Shown here in pieces: positions 27,740 through 39,578 of a stretch of 64,000 nucleotides of DNA (position 1 is the stretch's first letter; each line of letters starts with the position of its first letter). The position numbers and the translations under genes were made by a program. This stretch comes from Octopus vulgaris. Taxonomy: Eukaryota. Below the pieces are notes generated by a model. That model was not told where the DNA came from. It searched no databases and was given only the letters and a program-made list of their open reading frames with translations. The stretch is from NCBI GenBank assembly GCA_951406725.2, contig OX597815.1, positions 100,564,001 through 100,628,000 on the forward strand, in the 5' to 3' direction.

Positions 27740-29260
27740 CATCTACCTCAGTTCAAATATGATCCAGCATTAAGATCAAAGCCAAACATTTAGCTAGTAT
27801 TTAGGTTACAGCAGACAGACTAAAAACCTAGTTACAAGAATACCTTTATGACTATTAAGGATCACAGCTGAATTTCACTTCCAAACCCCAAGTGCCACCT
27901 GACTGACCAACTAAAACAGATCTTTGAGCAAGATAAAGGATGACATAAAGAAGGCATCTTGTCTTTCCTTATAGCACAGCACCAATGAAGTTAATTTCAT
28001 AGTTTAAGGCAAACCAGGCTTGAGCTAAAGTAAAGTCAACCCAATTCAATATACTGAATTTTTATCCATCTATATCAAAAGTATTGTATAATTTTTGCTA
28101 TGGAGTTTACCAAAATTAGTAATTGGGAAATCAAGCCAGAAAAACCCTGTTGTCTGATAAAGGTTCAGTCTGCCTCAGAGAAACATATCAAGAAGGCTCC
28201 TTTGATGTGACAATGGGAGTATTTGATAGTGCAGATGTGTGTGGCCTCATAGGCCTACTTATATTGGACACCTCAGGTAAGAAATCCCCATCAGTATGTT
28301 TTGGCCTGTATAGAGATGACACTAGTCATCATGAGAGGCACAAATGATACACTTTAAACAGGGTTAGAAAAGACCTGAGGCCAGCCTTACCATAATAAAC
28401 TTCTTAAACATAGCACTCAATTTGGGTGCCAGTTCATACAGGCCTTACTGAAAACCTAATGAAAAGTTGTCATACAGCATCAACACAGCTTTGTAATATC
28501 TGCCTACAATGTTAAAGAAACTTGCAAAGGGAGTTAGAGAGAGGATTTCAAACTTATCTCCTATTACAATGAGACTCATTGCAACCAGCGGGTTAAAGAC
28601 TGCATCATTTATATGCCTGGCCCTAACATCCACAAGAGAAAGCACCATTGTAAAGTCCTTTGGTTTTCCTCACCTTTCTTGTTCAATGTGAAAGCATGCT
28701 TGGGAAGAGAATTCCTTAGATTAGTGGATAAGCATTTTACACAGGACTATAGGTATAGGAAAATATTCAATAGGTATAATTTGGTTTCTTGTTCAAGTGC
28801 GTATCTAGTATTTAAAAAATTAGAGAATGCCTCAAAGCCCCAAGCAGATGCTCATTTAGTATTTAAGCTGAGTGCTTAGTAAATGGTCAATGCAACATAG
28901 AGGCCATGGTCTACAAAACAGAAGTTTTGTCATCCAATGAAAGAAGGGGACACACACACACACAGAGGAAAATATGTAGGGACAATGGTGAACCCTTTTA
29001 GGGTCTGGCTAAATAATCACATACCCTCTTTTGAATCCAAGAGAGGCACAATGTTACAACATTAGCTGGCTATATATATTGCAATTAAGAGGAAAGAATT
29101 CTATACAAAGTTATCTGAAAACTAATGCACAGTCGGTACCTTATCTTAATGAAAGTAGATATTGCAAGTTGCTTTGTGTGGCAAATTGGAAAATCATTCC
29201 AAAAAAATTTGCAAGTTGTAAGTGCTTTCCTGGACTTCAAAGACAAAAAAAATGTCCTTA
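27740..29260 (+). mobile_element. Decayed Penelope-like retroelement (RT and GIY-YIG endonuclease remnants)
   Basis: FMTIKDH, NFYPSIS, FDVTMGVFDSADVC.LIG, GLYRDD, VLWFSSPF..NVK..LG.EFL.LVDKHF...YRKIFNR, NGQCNIEAMVYK, YVG...F...NNH; many frameshifts. Confidence 0.85.
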
Positions 29261-29489
29261 TGAATGGAAATTTGTTTTAGTAATATGGTCATCCCCATTT
29301 TTGGAATAGAGAATGACAAACATGTACACATATACAGTTCCCATGCTTCAGTCATAGCTAACATCTATCTGTAAGGGGCAACTCTTCTTTTCCTCTTGGA
29401 AAATGTTATAACTTTTCAGTGTTTTGTTTCAGTTATTTTACTAACACTGAGCCAGCCAAGATTGTATATACCTCCAGCATAAAAGGGGC

Positions 29490-29998
29490 TGTGTTTCCAG
29501 CCAGCATGTTTGTAGTCATCAGTATTGCCAAGTGCAATAATTGTCTCAGGTCAAATGAAATCATAGTTGTGTCTATTGTTGGTGTCATGTAACTGGCACC
29601 CATGCTAATGGTACATAAAAAGCAGCTTTCAAGCATTGGGCCTCACAAGGGAAATGTGGCACATGCCAGTGTTGCGTAACTAGCACCAATGGTGGTGGCA
29701 CATAAAAAGCACCTTTTGAACACTGGGCCTCAAGGAGGCAATGATAAATGACTGAGACCTTTGGCAAGTGAAATCGTAGTTGTGGCAGATATTGGTATCA
29801 CACAACTAGCACCCATTGCCTGTGGCACGTAAAATCACCCATTACACTCTTGAAATGACTGGCATTAGGAAGGGCATCCAGTCATAACAAACATGCTAAA
29901 CCAGACTGGAGTCTGGTGTAGTCCCTCAGCTTACCAACTCTGGTCAAACTGTCCAACCCATTCCAGCATGTACAACAGATGCTAAATGATGATGATGT
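29490..29998 (+). mobile_element. RTE LINE 3'UTR fragment with (GAT)n tail; similar fragments at about 2590, 5560, 7210, 21250, 24690, 31160, 34770, 35180 and 63710
   Basis: GGCAC.TAAAA(A)GCACC subrepeats, GGCATTAGGAAGGGCATCCAG core, ATGATGATG tail. Confidence 0.75.
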
Positions 29999-30840
29999 CA
30001 TGTGTGTGTGTGTGTGTACCTTTGTGTCTGTGTTTGTCTCCCACCACTGCTTGACAACTGGTGTTCCTGTGACTTAGTGGTTTGGAAAAAGAGACCAATA
30101 GAATAAGTACTGAGCTTAAAAAGAAAAAAAGATAAGTACTGGGGTCAATTTGTTCGACCAATATTCTTCCAGGCAGTGCCCCAGCATGGCCACAGTCTAA
30201 TGACTAAAACAAGTAAAAGATGAAAGATAAAAGGTCTCTGCACACTGCTTTTACCATATCATGCAAGACCACTTCAAAGATGGTGTCGATACTTTGTGAC
30301 TGTCTGCTGTGAATTTAGTACTCAATCTTTTATAAAGTTCCCAGGAACATCCATTCATGAATAATAAGATATATTTGCCACTGAATTTGTTGGCAGTCAT
30401 TACTTTGCTGTTATCATTGTGTTATGTGATTTGGATCACTTGTAATTCATTTCTTTATCTCTAACATTCTCAGAACTCAACCAACTTCAATGTATAGCAG
30501 GTGTCTGCATAAATATAAAACTGGAACCTATTATTTTTCATTCATGAAATTCTTAATGAACAACTGGACACATCAAACTGATTGATGCCATCAACATAAA
30601 GCTGACCACTAAGGTTTTTAAAGACACATCCACTTGACTAACACCATCATTAAACTGACCAATTAAGGTCATTGACTGTGAATCAGTGTATCTTAATATA
30701 AGCTTTCATCAAGAAACAAGAGATGACAAAAGAAACAAGCACTGTCAAGTATTCATTGAGGTCACCATTTGGCTATCAGCTTTTCAATTTGACAGCCTGA
30801 CTTGTCAACAATCTATAGCAAATGATACTTGTATTACAAT

Positions 30841-30948
30841 CTCTCTCCTCTTTTTCTCTCTCTCTCTTCTTTCTCTCTCTCTCTTCTTTCTCTCTCTCTC
30901 TCTCTCTCTTCTTTCTCTCTCTCCTTCTCTCTTGCTCTTTCCTCTCTT
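30841..30948 (+). repeat. (CT)n-rich polypyrimidine microsatellite
   Basis: Seen directly. Confidence 0.9.
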
Positions 30949-33900
30949 GTTCATATTCTAACAGCTTAACTGTTTATTTAGCTGGCATTGGCTACAATGT
31001 TTTACCAAGCATAACTAAAGAACCAGTTAACATATACATGACTTTATGAAAAGGACTTTCTTTTCCTGTAGTCCTGTATTAGACCATTATGTCTGATACA
31101 ATCCTCTTAACAACAGACACATTATGATGAAGTGAAACCTTTACATCTCTCATCTTTCATCATCATTGTTTAACGTCCGCTTTCCATGCTAGCATGGGTT
31201 GGACAATTTGACTGAGGGCTGGCGAACCAGATGGCTGCACCAGGCTTCAATCTTGATCTGGCAGAGTTTCTACAGCTGGATGCCCTTCCTAACGCCAACC
31301 ACTCCGAGAGTGTAGTGGGTGCTTTTACGTGCCACTGGCATGGGGTCAGTCAGGCAGTACTGGCAACGACCTCGCTCGAATCTTTTACACATGCCACTGG
31401 CACAGGTGCCAGTAAGGCGATGCTGGTAACGATCACACTCGAATGGTGTCTTTTATGTGCCACTGGCACGGAGGCCAGATAGCCGCTCTGGCAACGATCA
31501 TGCTCGGATGGTGCTCTTAATACCCTACTAGCACAAGGCTCGAGTGCCAGTAAGGCGATGCTGGTAACGATCACACTCGAATGGTGCCTTTTAAGTACCA
31601 CTGGCACGGAAGCCAGTTAGCCGCTCTGTCAATGATCACACTCGTACGGTGCTCTTTGCACTCCTCTAGCACAGACACCAGTCATCGAATGGTTATCTAA
31701 GATCTTGAAGAACATATATAAATGCAGTCAAACTAAGCAGCCCTGTTTCCAATACATGAAAACCTAATTACAAAAAATATGTAGCCTACTACATACATTA
31801 TGTTAAAACTGGTGATCATCAACCAACGTATGTGCAGCTTGGTGCTCTCATACTGTAAATTTTATAATTGCAATAAAGACTTGCACTCAAAGCAATTGCT
31901 TTGTACCCTTAAAGACTACACTGCCAGAAGTATGGAAGACTGATGTGGAAAACTACTTTAAATTAATACACAACCTGCACCTTGCATCCAGACATGCAAA
32001 AACAACCTTCTCCTATGAGTTTATTCCACATAATCATCTGTGTTTATGGATCTCTTAAACTCATCATATACTTTCTTTTTATATGTCCTTGAAATTTTCA
32101 ATTCAGCAATATTTCTCAGTTGATGGCAATAGAATATGTGACTTCAGACAGTTTGCCTTTCTTTTTCCTCTTCCTCTTTCTCATTAGTTTTTGTTGCATG
32201 CTTTTTGTTTTGCTTTTAATTTTTGCTTTCTGGAACTTGGTGTAGTCCTGCAGCTTGCCATATCCTGTCAAACTGTCCAGCTCATGTCAGCATGGAAAGC
32301 AGCAGTTAAATTATGATGATGATGAAAAATGTGGTGGTGGTGTTGATGATGATGATGATTAAGATTTCTTGCTATTCTATTTTTCCCATGAATGATTTTG
32401 CTTTCCCAGAGCACTTAACTTTTATTGTACATATCTTTTTGACTCTTTGGCTTAAACAACATACATTCAGTACTACATATATTTATCCTAGTACCTGTGC
32501 CTTCAGTGATTGTTTCCATGTCTGTGTTACCCCAAACTCTAATTCTTGATATCAGTTCTGTCAGACATTGCTGCTAATGGTAATTCCCACTGCAGTATTC
32601 CATTTTCATCTGCCATCAACTCACCAAACAGCTTAACCTGATCAAACTTGCTAACTCTAACTGCCATTTTTCCTAGCATTTCAATAAGCAACACTGACTA
32701 TATTTTCTGTACTACTTTTTCTGCTCTTGCTCTGACCATGGTGTATATAGAGAAAGTTTACTCAGCTCAGCACATCAAGTACATCTTTTGCAGTTCGTCT
32801 TATTTGCTGTAACCACAGTGCTAGATACACTTAGCCATTGCCTTCCTTCAAGGGACCCATCAAACAATACATATATAGTAGCCTTTTCCCTCATCCCCAT
32901 GCAATAAAAATTGCTTGATATAGCTAATCATATTTAGATTCACTGGAATATATATACTCCACCAAATTCAGAATCACTTGAATATGTATTCACAAGTATA
33001 AGCAAACTTGCTACTACTGTCTCAGGCACATACACACCCATTGCACAAGGCACAATAAGAAAAAGTAACATGACAGATTTACTGAACCATCATCAATGAC
33101 AGGTACTTTAATATATTGTAGTTCTGTTGGTTACCCATCTACTAGAATAAGACACACAAAGTTGGTGTAGGTATGGTTTGTGTTTGTTCCTTCTTGAGCC
33201 ACGCCTGACTCATAAGGGTCGGTTTCCCAGTTTCCTTGCCGTATAGGTTCCCCACCTGGATGGGACACCGGTCTGTCGCAGGTGAGTTGCAAGATGCAGG
33301 AGGAAAGAGTCTGAGAAAGTTGTGGCAAAAGAGTCAGCAGAAGTTTGCCATTACCTTATGCCGGAGCCGCATGGAGCTTAGGTGTTTTGCTCATAAACAC
33401 ACACATTGCCCAGTCTGAGATTCGAACCCGTGACTCCTCAACCGTGAGTTCGCTGCTCTAACCACTAGGCCATGTGCTTCCACTAGGTATGGTTTGAATC
33501 AAAGGCATTGAAATGGAAAATATCCTGATCAGCTCACAGATCATTGCCATTTACAGTATTATTTGGCCAATAATTGTAACCACTGTACCATCCCTAGAAC
33601 GGAGGCCTGTATGTGATCATTTAATCTATTAAGAATAGCCAAATACTACTAAAATCACATCCTATTGTCATCAAAAGGAATGAGATACTGGTTAATCAAG
33701 CTCTAGTTACACTTTGTCTTTAAAAAAAAGATGGGACATAAATAAATATAAATGCATTCAAGTGATGACTGCCCATCTTTTTTTAAGGAATAATGTATTC
33801 TATTTTACACAATCCAATGTTTTTTCCTGAGATATTGGAATATGGATTGAGGGACATTTGTATAAATTTTAAAGATTTAGTAGGAATAGAAATAACAATG

Positions 33901-35531
33901 TCCAATGGCACTTTTCAGGGTTGAACTGTGTGAAGCATTTAGTATTAAAAAGATGTATCACTCATTGAACAAAATAGTCCCATAGCTTTTAGAAAAGGAA
34001 AAGTATATATTTTTCACCCCTTTTAATATTCCCGTATTTCATACAACTGAAATTACAATTCCACTTAATAAGGATTTGTCATACAGAAAATTCCAGTTTT
34101 ATTTTTTTTCCTTTTTGTTTTTTCATTTTTGCCTCCCACTTCTGTAACCTTTACAGTTCCCATGATGTATAGGGCTTCATGAGACAGCTATTCTAAAACT
34201 CTGCAGCATAATGTATCAGACTTTGTTATTCAACATGTTCTTATTACTTGAAAATGAACCTACTTTACAGAAGCTTCTTCATTGGCTCATGAGTGATAAG
34301 TTTTCTAAGATCCTGAAGAACATATATAAATAGAAATAAAATACTAGATGTAATGTTCATTTCCACTAAACATGAATGTTCTTTAAGAACAGACAATACT
34401 ACTATTTTAACCTCATAAGGACACTTCCTCCAGCTGGCTATTCAATATGCTTCACACATAATATATATTGTAAGTGGGAGAGAACTTCCTACTATCCTAG
34501 TTTGGAGACCACCATATCACATGATTTCAATCTTATCAGATCACCTTCAGTGATGGATACTCATCTGCTAGACATAGCGGCAGTCTAACCCAGCACACAA
34601 TATATAGAAAAAAACAGTGTCACAGTCATAGTAGGGAGTTCTCTTCCCATTTGCAATATATATTACAATAAAGTAAAAAGTGTTAATTCTAGTTTTGAAT
34701 TTCCCTACCTATAAATCATTGGCAATGAAATAGCTTGATACATACCTGCATGTAATATATATATATATATCTACACTCACGGAGTGGTTGGCGTTAGGAA
34801 GGGCATCCAGCTGTAGAAACACTGCCAGATCTGACTGGGCCTGATGAAGCCTTCCAGCTTCACAGACCCCAGTTGAACCGTCCAACCCATGCTAGCATGG
34901 AAAACGGACACTAAATGATGATGGTGATATATATATATATATATATATATATAAGACCGGAGCCTGGTGCAGCCTTCTGGCTTCCCAGATCCCCGGTCGA
35001 ACCGTCCAACCCATGCTAGCATGGAAAACGGACGTTAAACGATGATGGTGATGATGATGATATATATGACAGGTATATATATATATAATTGCCAACCAAG
35101 TGGGTGTCCTATAAGGGACATTGCTACTGACGTTTATAGCCCCAGGAAGACATCTCTTCCAGCTGGCTAATGACACCACATTCTGTGTTGCTGACTGGCT
35201 TCCATGTCGGTGGCACATAAAAATGCCAGTGGCACGCGAAAAAAACATTCGAATGAGGTCGTTGCCAGTGCCGCTGGACTGGCTCCTGTGCAAGTGGCAC
35301 ATAAAAAACACCATTTGAGCATGGCCGTTGCTAGTACCATCTGACTGGCCCTCATACCGGTGGCATGTAAAAGCACTCATTAAACTCTTGGAGTGGTTGG
35401 CATTAGGAAGGGCATCCAGCTGTAGAAACTCTGTCAGATCAGATTGGAGCCTGGTGCAGCCATCTGGTTCACCAGTCCTCAGTCAAATCGTCCAACCCAT
35501 GCCAGCATGGAAAGCAGACTTTAAATGATGA

Positions 35532-35614
<83 letters not shown>

Positions 35615-35739
35615 CTATATTAAATCTCTGAGCAACAGAATGTGATGTGTTAGCCAGCTGGTAGAGACATCTTCTTGAGGCTATAAATATTTATATATAT
35701 AGGCACAGGAGTGGCTGTGAGGTAAGTAGGTTGCTTACC

Positions 35740-37451
35740 GGTTATTGTGCATGTGTTGATTCAGTTGCTGGTTTGTTTTTTTGACTGTCGGACAGGATTT
35801 TTGTGCTGCTTGGCAGCGGATTTGAGAAAATGTACTCAGACTTTAGCGGGTCTGAATCGTCTTCAGTGGAGGAGGAGCTGGTGAAGGCAGTGAGAAGAAT
35901 GGATGGAATATTGGAGAGAACAAGAAGTTTTTCTGAGGCAGCAGAGGTGAAGAAAATAGATGTAGACCTGGCTGGACTAAAGGAATATGGAAAAATGACG
36001 CAGAAGGTGGGTGGCGACGTGAAGTTGTCGCCGCCTAAAAGAATCATGGAGCAAATGGAGAGGAAATCTATCATCTATAGGGTGCACTCACTAAAGAACA
36101 AAAAGGCTGAACAGGTGGAAGCGGAAATAATAGAAAAAGCGCTAAGGAAACCGCCGAACCAAAGGATGTAAATGCAGGACAGTGGTCATCCAGTTTAGAG
36201 CAGTGGAGGAGGCGAGGAGGCTGGCGAGTGTGTCACAGTCATAGTAGGGAGTTCTCTCCCCGTTTGCAATATATATATATAATTGCCAACAAAGTGGGTG
36301 TCCTATACGGGTCAGTGTGGCAGCCACATATCTCGGAAGAAAGACTATCAAGGTAAGGGTGGAAGCAATCCCACCTGATATAGAAGTGGCTTGGGTTGCA
36401 GCCGCCGTCCTCATAGGAAGTGAGGAGGAGGTGGCTGTCCTCCAAGCCATGGAAACGGAAGGAGGATGGAGAAGGAAATCACTGGATCTCATCCTGCAGG
36501 TGGAGGAGAAGCTGGCCAAGACGGTGATGTTGGGAGAAATTGTGTTAAGAGTGTGGGTGGAGGGCAGAGTCCCACATTTTAAATGTGACCTAAAGGGCCA
36601 CATTAGAGCATACTGCCCTCTACAGAAGAAAACAATTGATGAAACAACAGACAAACCAGTTGTGGAGACGTAGGAGAAAAGAAAGGAAGAAAAGAAAGAT
36701 GGAGGAAAGGAGGAAGGAAGAATGGGTAGTAACAGAGAGTAGAAAGAAAAAGAAGAAGAAAAGAAAGAACACAGACACCAAACCTACCCACCCCATCTTC
36801 CCACAAGAAAAAAAGAAAAAGAAAGAGCAGACATCACAAAATCTTGTAGACCCCCACTCCCGGTGAAAAAGGTTATGAATGCATGGAGAGAATGATATCA
36901 CTAAGTGATGGAAAAAAAAGAAAAAGAACTGGACTGAAGGACTTAGGACTTAGAGGCAGTGAGTGGTGTTAATCAGTGTTGGGTGAGTAGCACACTCTTC
37001 ATAATATCATTTTCAGATATCATTCATCTATATATATAAAACTCAACTTGTGTGTCTGTGTGTGTGTCTGTATGTTTAACTTCCTGGCACATCTCCTCCA
37101 AGCCAACAAATCATAGAACCATCCAAAAATGGGTCACTTAAAGTTTAGGCGAATGAAAATTGAACTGCACTATTTCTGTTCCGAAATTCATCTCTCAAGT
37201 GTGCAAAAATTGATAATGTGTTTCTTTAGGCCTTATCCCATGCATTGAATAGTGAACTTTACTCAGTCAGCTGTTTGACGTGAACTGTGTTCACCACGCG
37301 TGCAAGCATGCGTAAATTGCATGAAAAATAAAAAAATCAAGACATAAAAACGAATAGCCGTAAACAATGTAGAAATTCGGCAAAGAAATGAATTTTCGGG
37401 ATGTAGCCTGGAGGTTTTTTTCATATTAATATATATATATATCATCATATA

Positions 37452-37519
<68 letters not shown>

Positions 37520-37924
37520 TATGATAGAAAAGGCTAACTCTTCCTTCTGTAGAAGAAAAAATTCAAATCGGACCAAAAATTATTTACATCAAAAAGGTGC
37601 CTTTTTTCTATGAAAATCCCTACTTTTTATGATGTTTTGACTGCTGTGTTGCCATTTTTCGGTTTATTTCACTTAAAGAAAATAACAAGTTACATACAGC
37701 CAAAGTTTTACTTTTCAAAAATTCCAATTCTAAAGGGTCTAAACAAACTGCAATGGCGGGCGATACTGCTAGTATTATTATATTTTAATTTGTTTTTCAT
37801 GTTCATTTTCATGTATCATTCATTAAATCATATTTTATTTTTATATTTTTAATTGTTATATGTTCCCACATGTGTTGTAGTGTCCCCCTCTGTGTAATGC
37901 CTTTATGGCAAAATTATTGAAATA
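35740..37924 (+). mobile_element. ORF1-only Tx1/L1-like non-LTR retroelement inserted in a SINE
   Basis: Disrupted ORF with KVRV..IPP, V.VEGR.P and a zinc-knuckle remnant FKCDLKGHIRAYCP; Lys-rich tail; AATAAA at the 3' end; 16-bp TSD 35724-35739 / 37925-37940. Confidence 0.7.
37027..37772 (+). mobile_element. Non-autonomous Helitron-like element nested in the Tx1-like element
   Basis: A|TCTATATATATAAAA ... GCGGGCGATACTGCTAG|T; internal (TA)n. Confidence 0.7.
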
Positions 37925-38067
37925 AAGTAGCTTGTTTACCAACCACATGGTTCCGGGTTAAGTCCCACTGCGTGGAACCTAGGGCAAGTGTCTTCTACTA
38001 TAGCCTCGGGCCAACCAAAGCGTTGTGAGTGGATTTGGTAGATGGGAACTGAAAGAAGCCTGTCGTA

Positions 38068-38375
38068 TGGCACGTAAAAGCACCATCCGTTCGTGTCCGT
38101 TGCCAGCCTCGCCTGGCCCCTGTGCCAGTGGCACGTAAAAGCACCATCCGTTCGTGTCCGTTGCCAGCCTCGCCTGGCCCCCGTGCTGGTGGCACAAAAA
38201 GCACCATCCGTTCGTGGCCGTTTGCCAGCTCCGTCTGGCACCTGTGCGGGTGGCACGAAAAAAGCACCCACTACACTCACGGAGTGGTTGGCATTAGGAA
38301 GGGCATCCAGCCGTAGAAACACTGCCAGTCCAACCCTTGCTAGTATGGAAAACGGACGCTAAATGATGATGATGA

Positions 38376-38378
<3 letters not shown>
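38068..38378 (+). mobile_element. Young RTE 3'UTR fragment with 61-bp tandem subrepeats, inserted in the SINE
   Basis: GGCACGTAAAAGCACCATCCGTTCGTG units at 38069, 38130, 38191 and 38252 (partial); CpGs intact; (GAT)n tail. Confidence 0.8.
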
Positions 38379-38471
<93 letters not shown>

Positions 38472-38902
38472 GTGTGTGTATGTTCGTGTGTCTGTGTTTG
38501 TCACTCCAGCATCGCTTGACAACCGATGTTGGTGTGTTTAGTTCCCCGTAACTTAGCGGTTCGGCAAAAGACACCGATAGAATGAGTACTAGGCTTACAA
38601 AGAATAAATACTGGGATCAATTTGTTCAACTAAAGGTGGTGCTCCAGAGTAATATATATATATATAGTTAATCCAAACATGAAAACACAACAATGTGAAG
38701 ACATTGTACAAGTATAGTGTTATTGGACGCTCAGGAAAGGAAAGAAAGAAGGAGGATTTAATGTTTCAAGTGGAGCTCTTTGTCAGAAACATAGGAAAAG
38801 GAAAGATCCAAGGAAGAGAAGATGGAGGAAAAAAATCGCCAATGATACACACACGGTCATATATATATACCTTTTGACCGACAGATTATATATATATATA
38901 TA

Positions 38903-39510
38903 CCTTTTGACCAACAGATTTAAAAAATTATTTTTTATAACTAAACATTTTCAAACTTCGGACACTGGTAGAATGTGTCATACAAAATATCTTTTACTCT
39001 TAGCGTTTTTGAGAAAAGCTTATATTTAGGAAGTTGTTTCACGGTAAAGTTCTCGTATTTTGGTAATTTCAACCAGTCAATGACGTGTATTCAGTTGAAT
39101 AATATTACTGCTGTTGTTTGTCAACAACAACTATTGGCGGTGTATTTTTCGTTTGTCACTGTTATTTATGACATTGTTCGTGCATTTGTACTGGTTTTAG
39201 CTTTAAGGTTTTAGGGTTAGGGTTAGGATTTTAGGGTTAGGGTTAGGGTTGTCATACATAACAATGACAAACGAAAGATACACTGCCGGAAGTTCTTGTT
39301 GACAAACGACAGCAGTAATTTTATTCAGCTGAATACACGTCATTGATTGGTTGAAATTACCGAAATACTACAACTTTAATGTAGTGAAATAACTCCCTAA
39401 ATATAAGCTTTTCTCAAAAACGCTAAGAGTAAAAGATGTTTTATATGACACATTCTACCAGTGAAAATGTTTAGTTACAAAAAATTATTTTTTAAATCTG
39501 TCGGTCAAAA

Positions 39511-39512
<2 letters not shown>
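38903..39512. mobile_element. 610-bp foldback MITE with arms of about 270 bp and central TTAGGG repeats
   Basis: TA|CCTTTTGACC...GGTCAAAAGG|TA; arms are reverse-complementary along their length; embedded in (TA)n. Confidence 0.85.

Positions 39513-39578
<66 letters not shown>

Larger units (their letters stand above)
35702..38648 (+). mobile_element. SINE family A copy split into three pieces (35702-35739, 37925-38067, about 38485-38648) by later insertions
   Basis: Pieces are collinear with the intact copies at 10935-11325 and 41977-42364. Confidence 0.8.

Noticed and set aside
33410-33485. tRNA gene (also at about 14870-14942 and 50470-50553)
   Set aside because: A and B boxes continue into SINE bodies, and no clean cloverleaf is evident.
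38069-38270. CRISPR-like regularly spaced repeats
   Set aside because: Whole 61-bp units are repeated without unique spacers; part of an RTE 3'UTR in a eukaryote, with no cas genes.
39207-39250. True telomere or chromosome-fusion site
   Set aside because: Only about 6 repeats in one orientation, inside a MITE loop.
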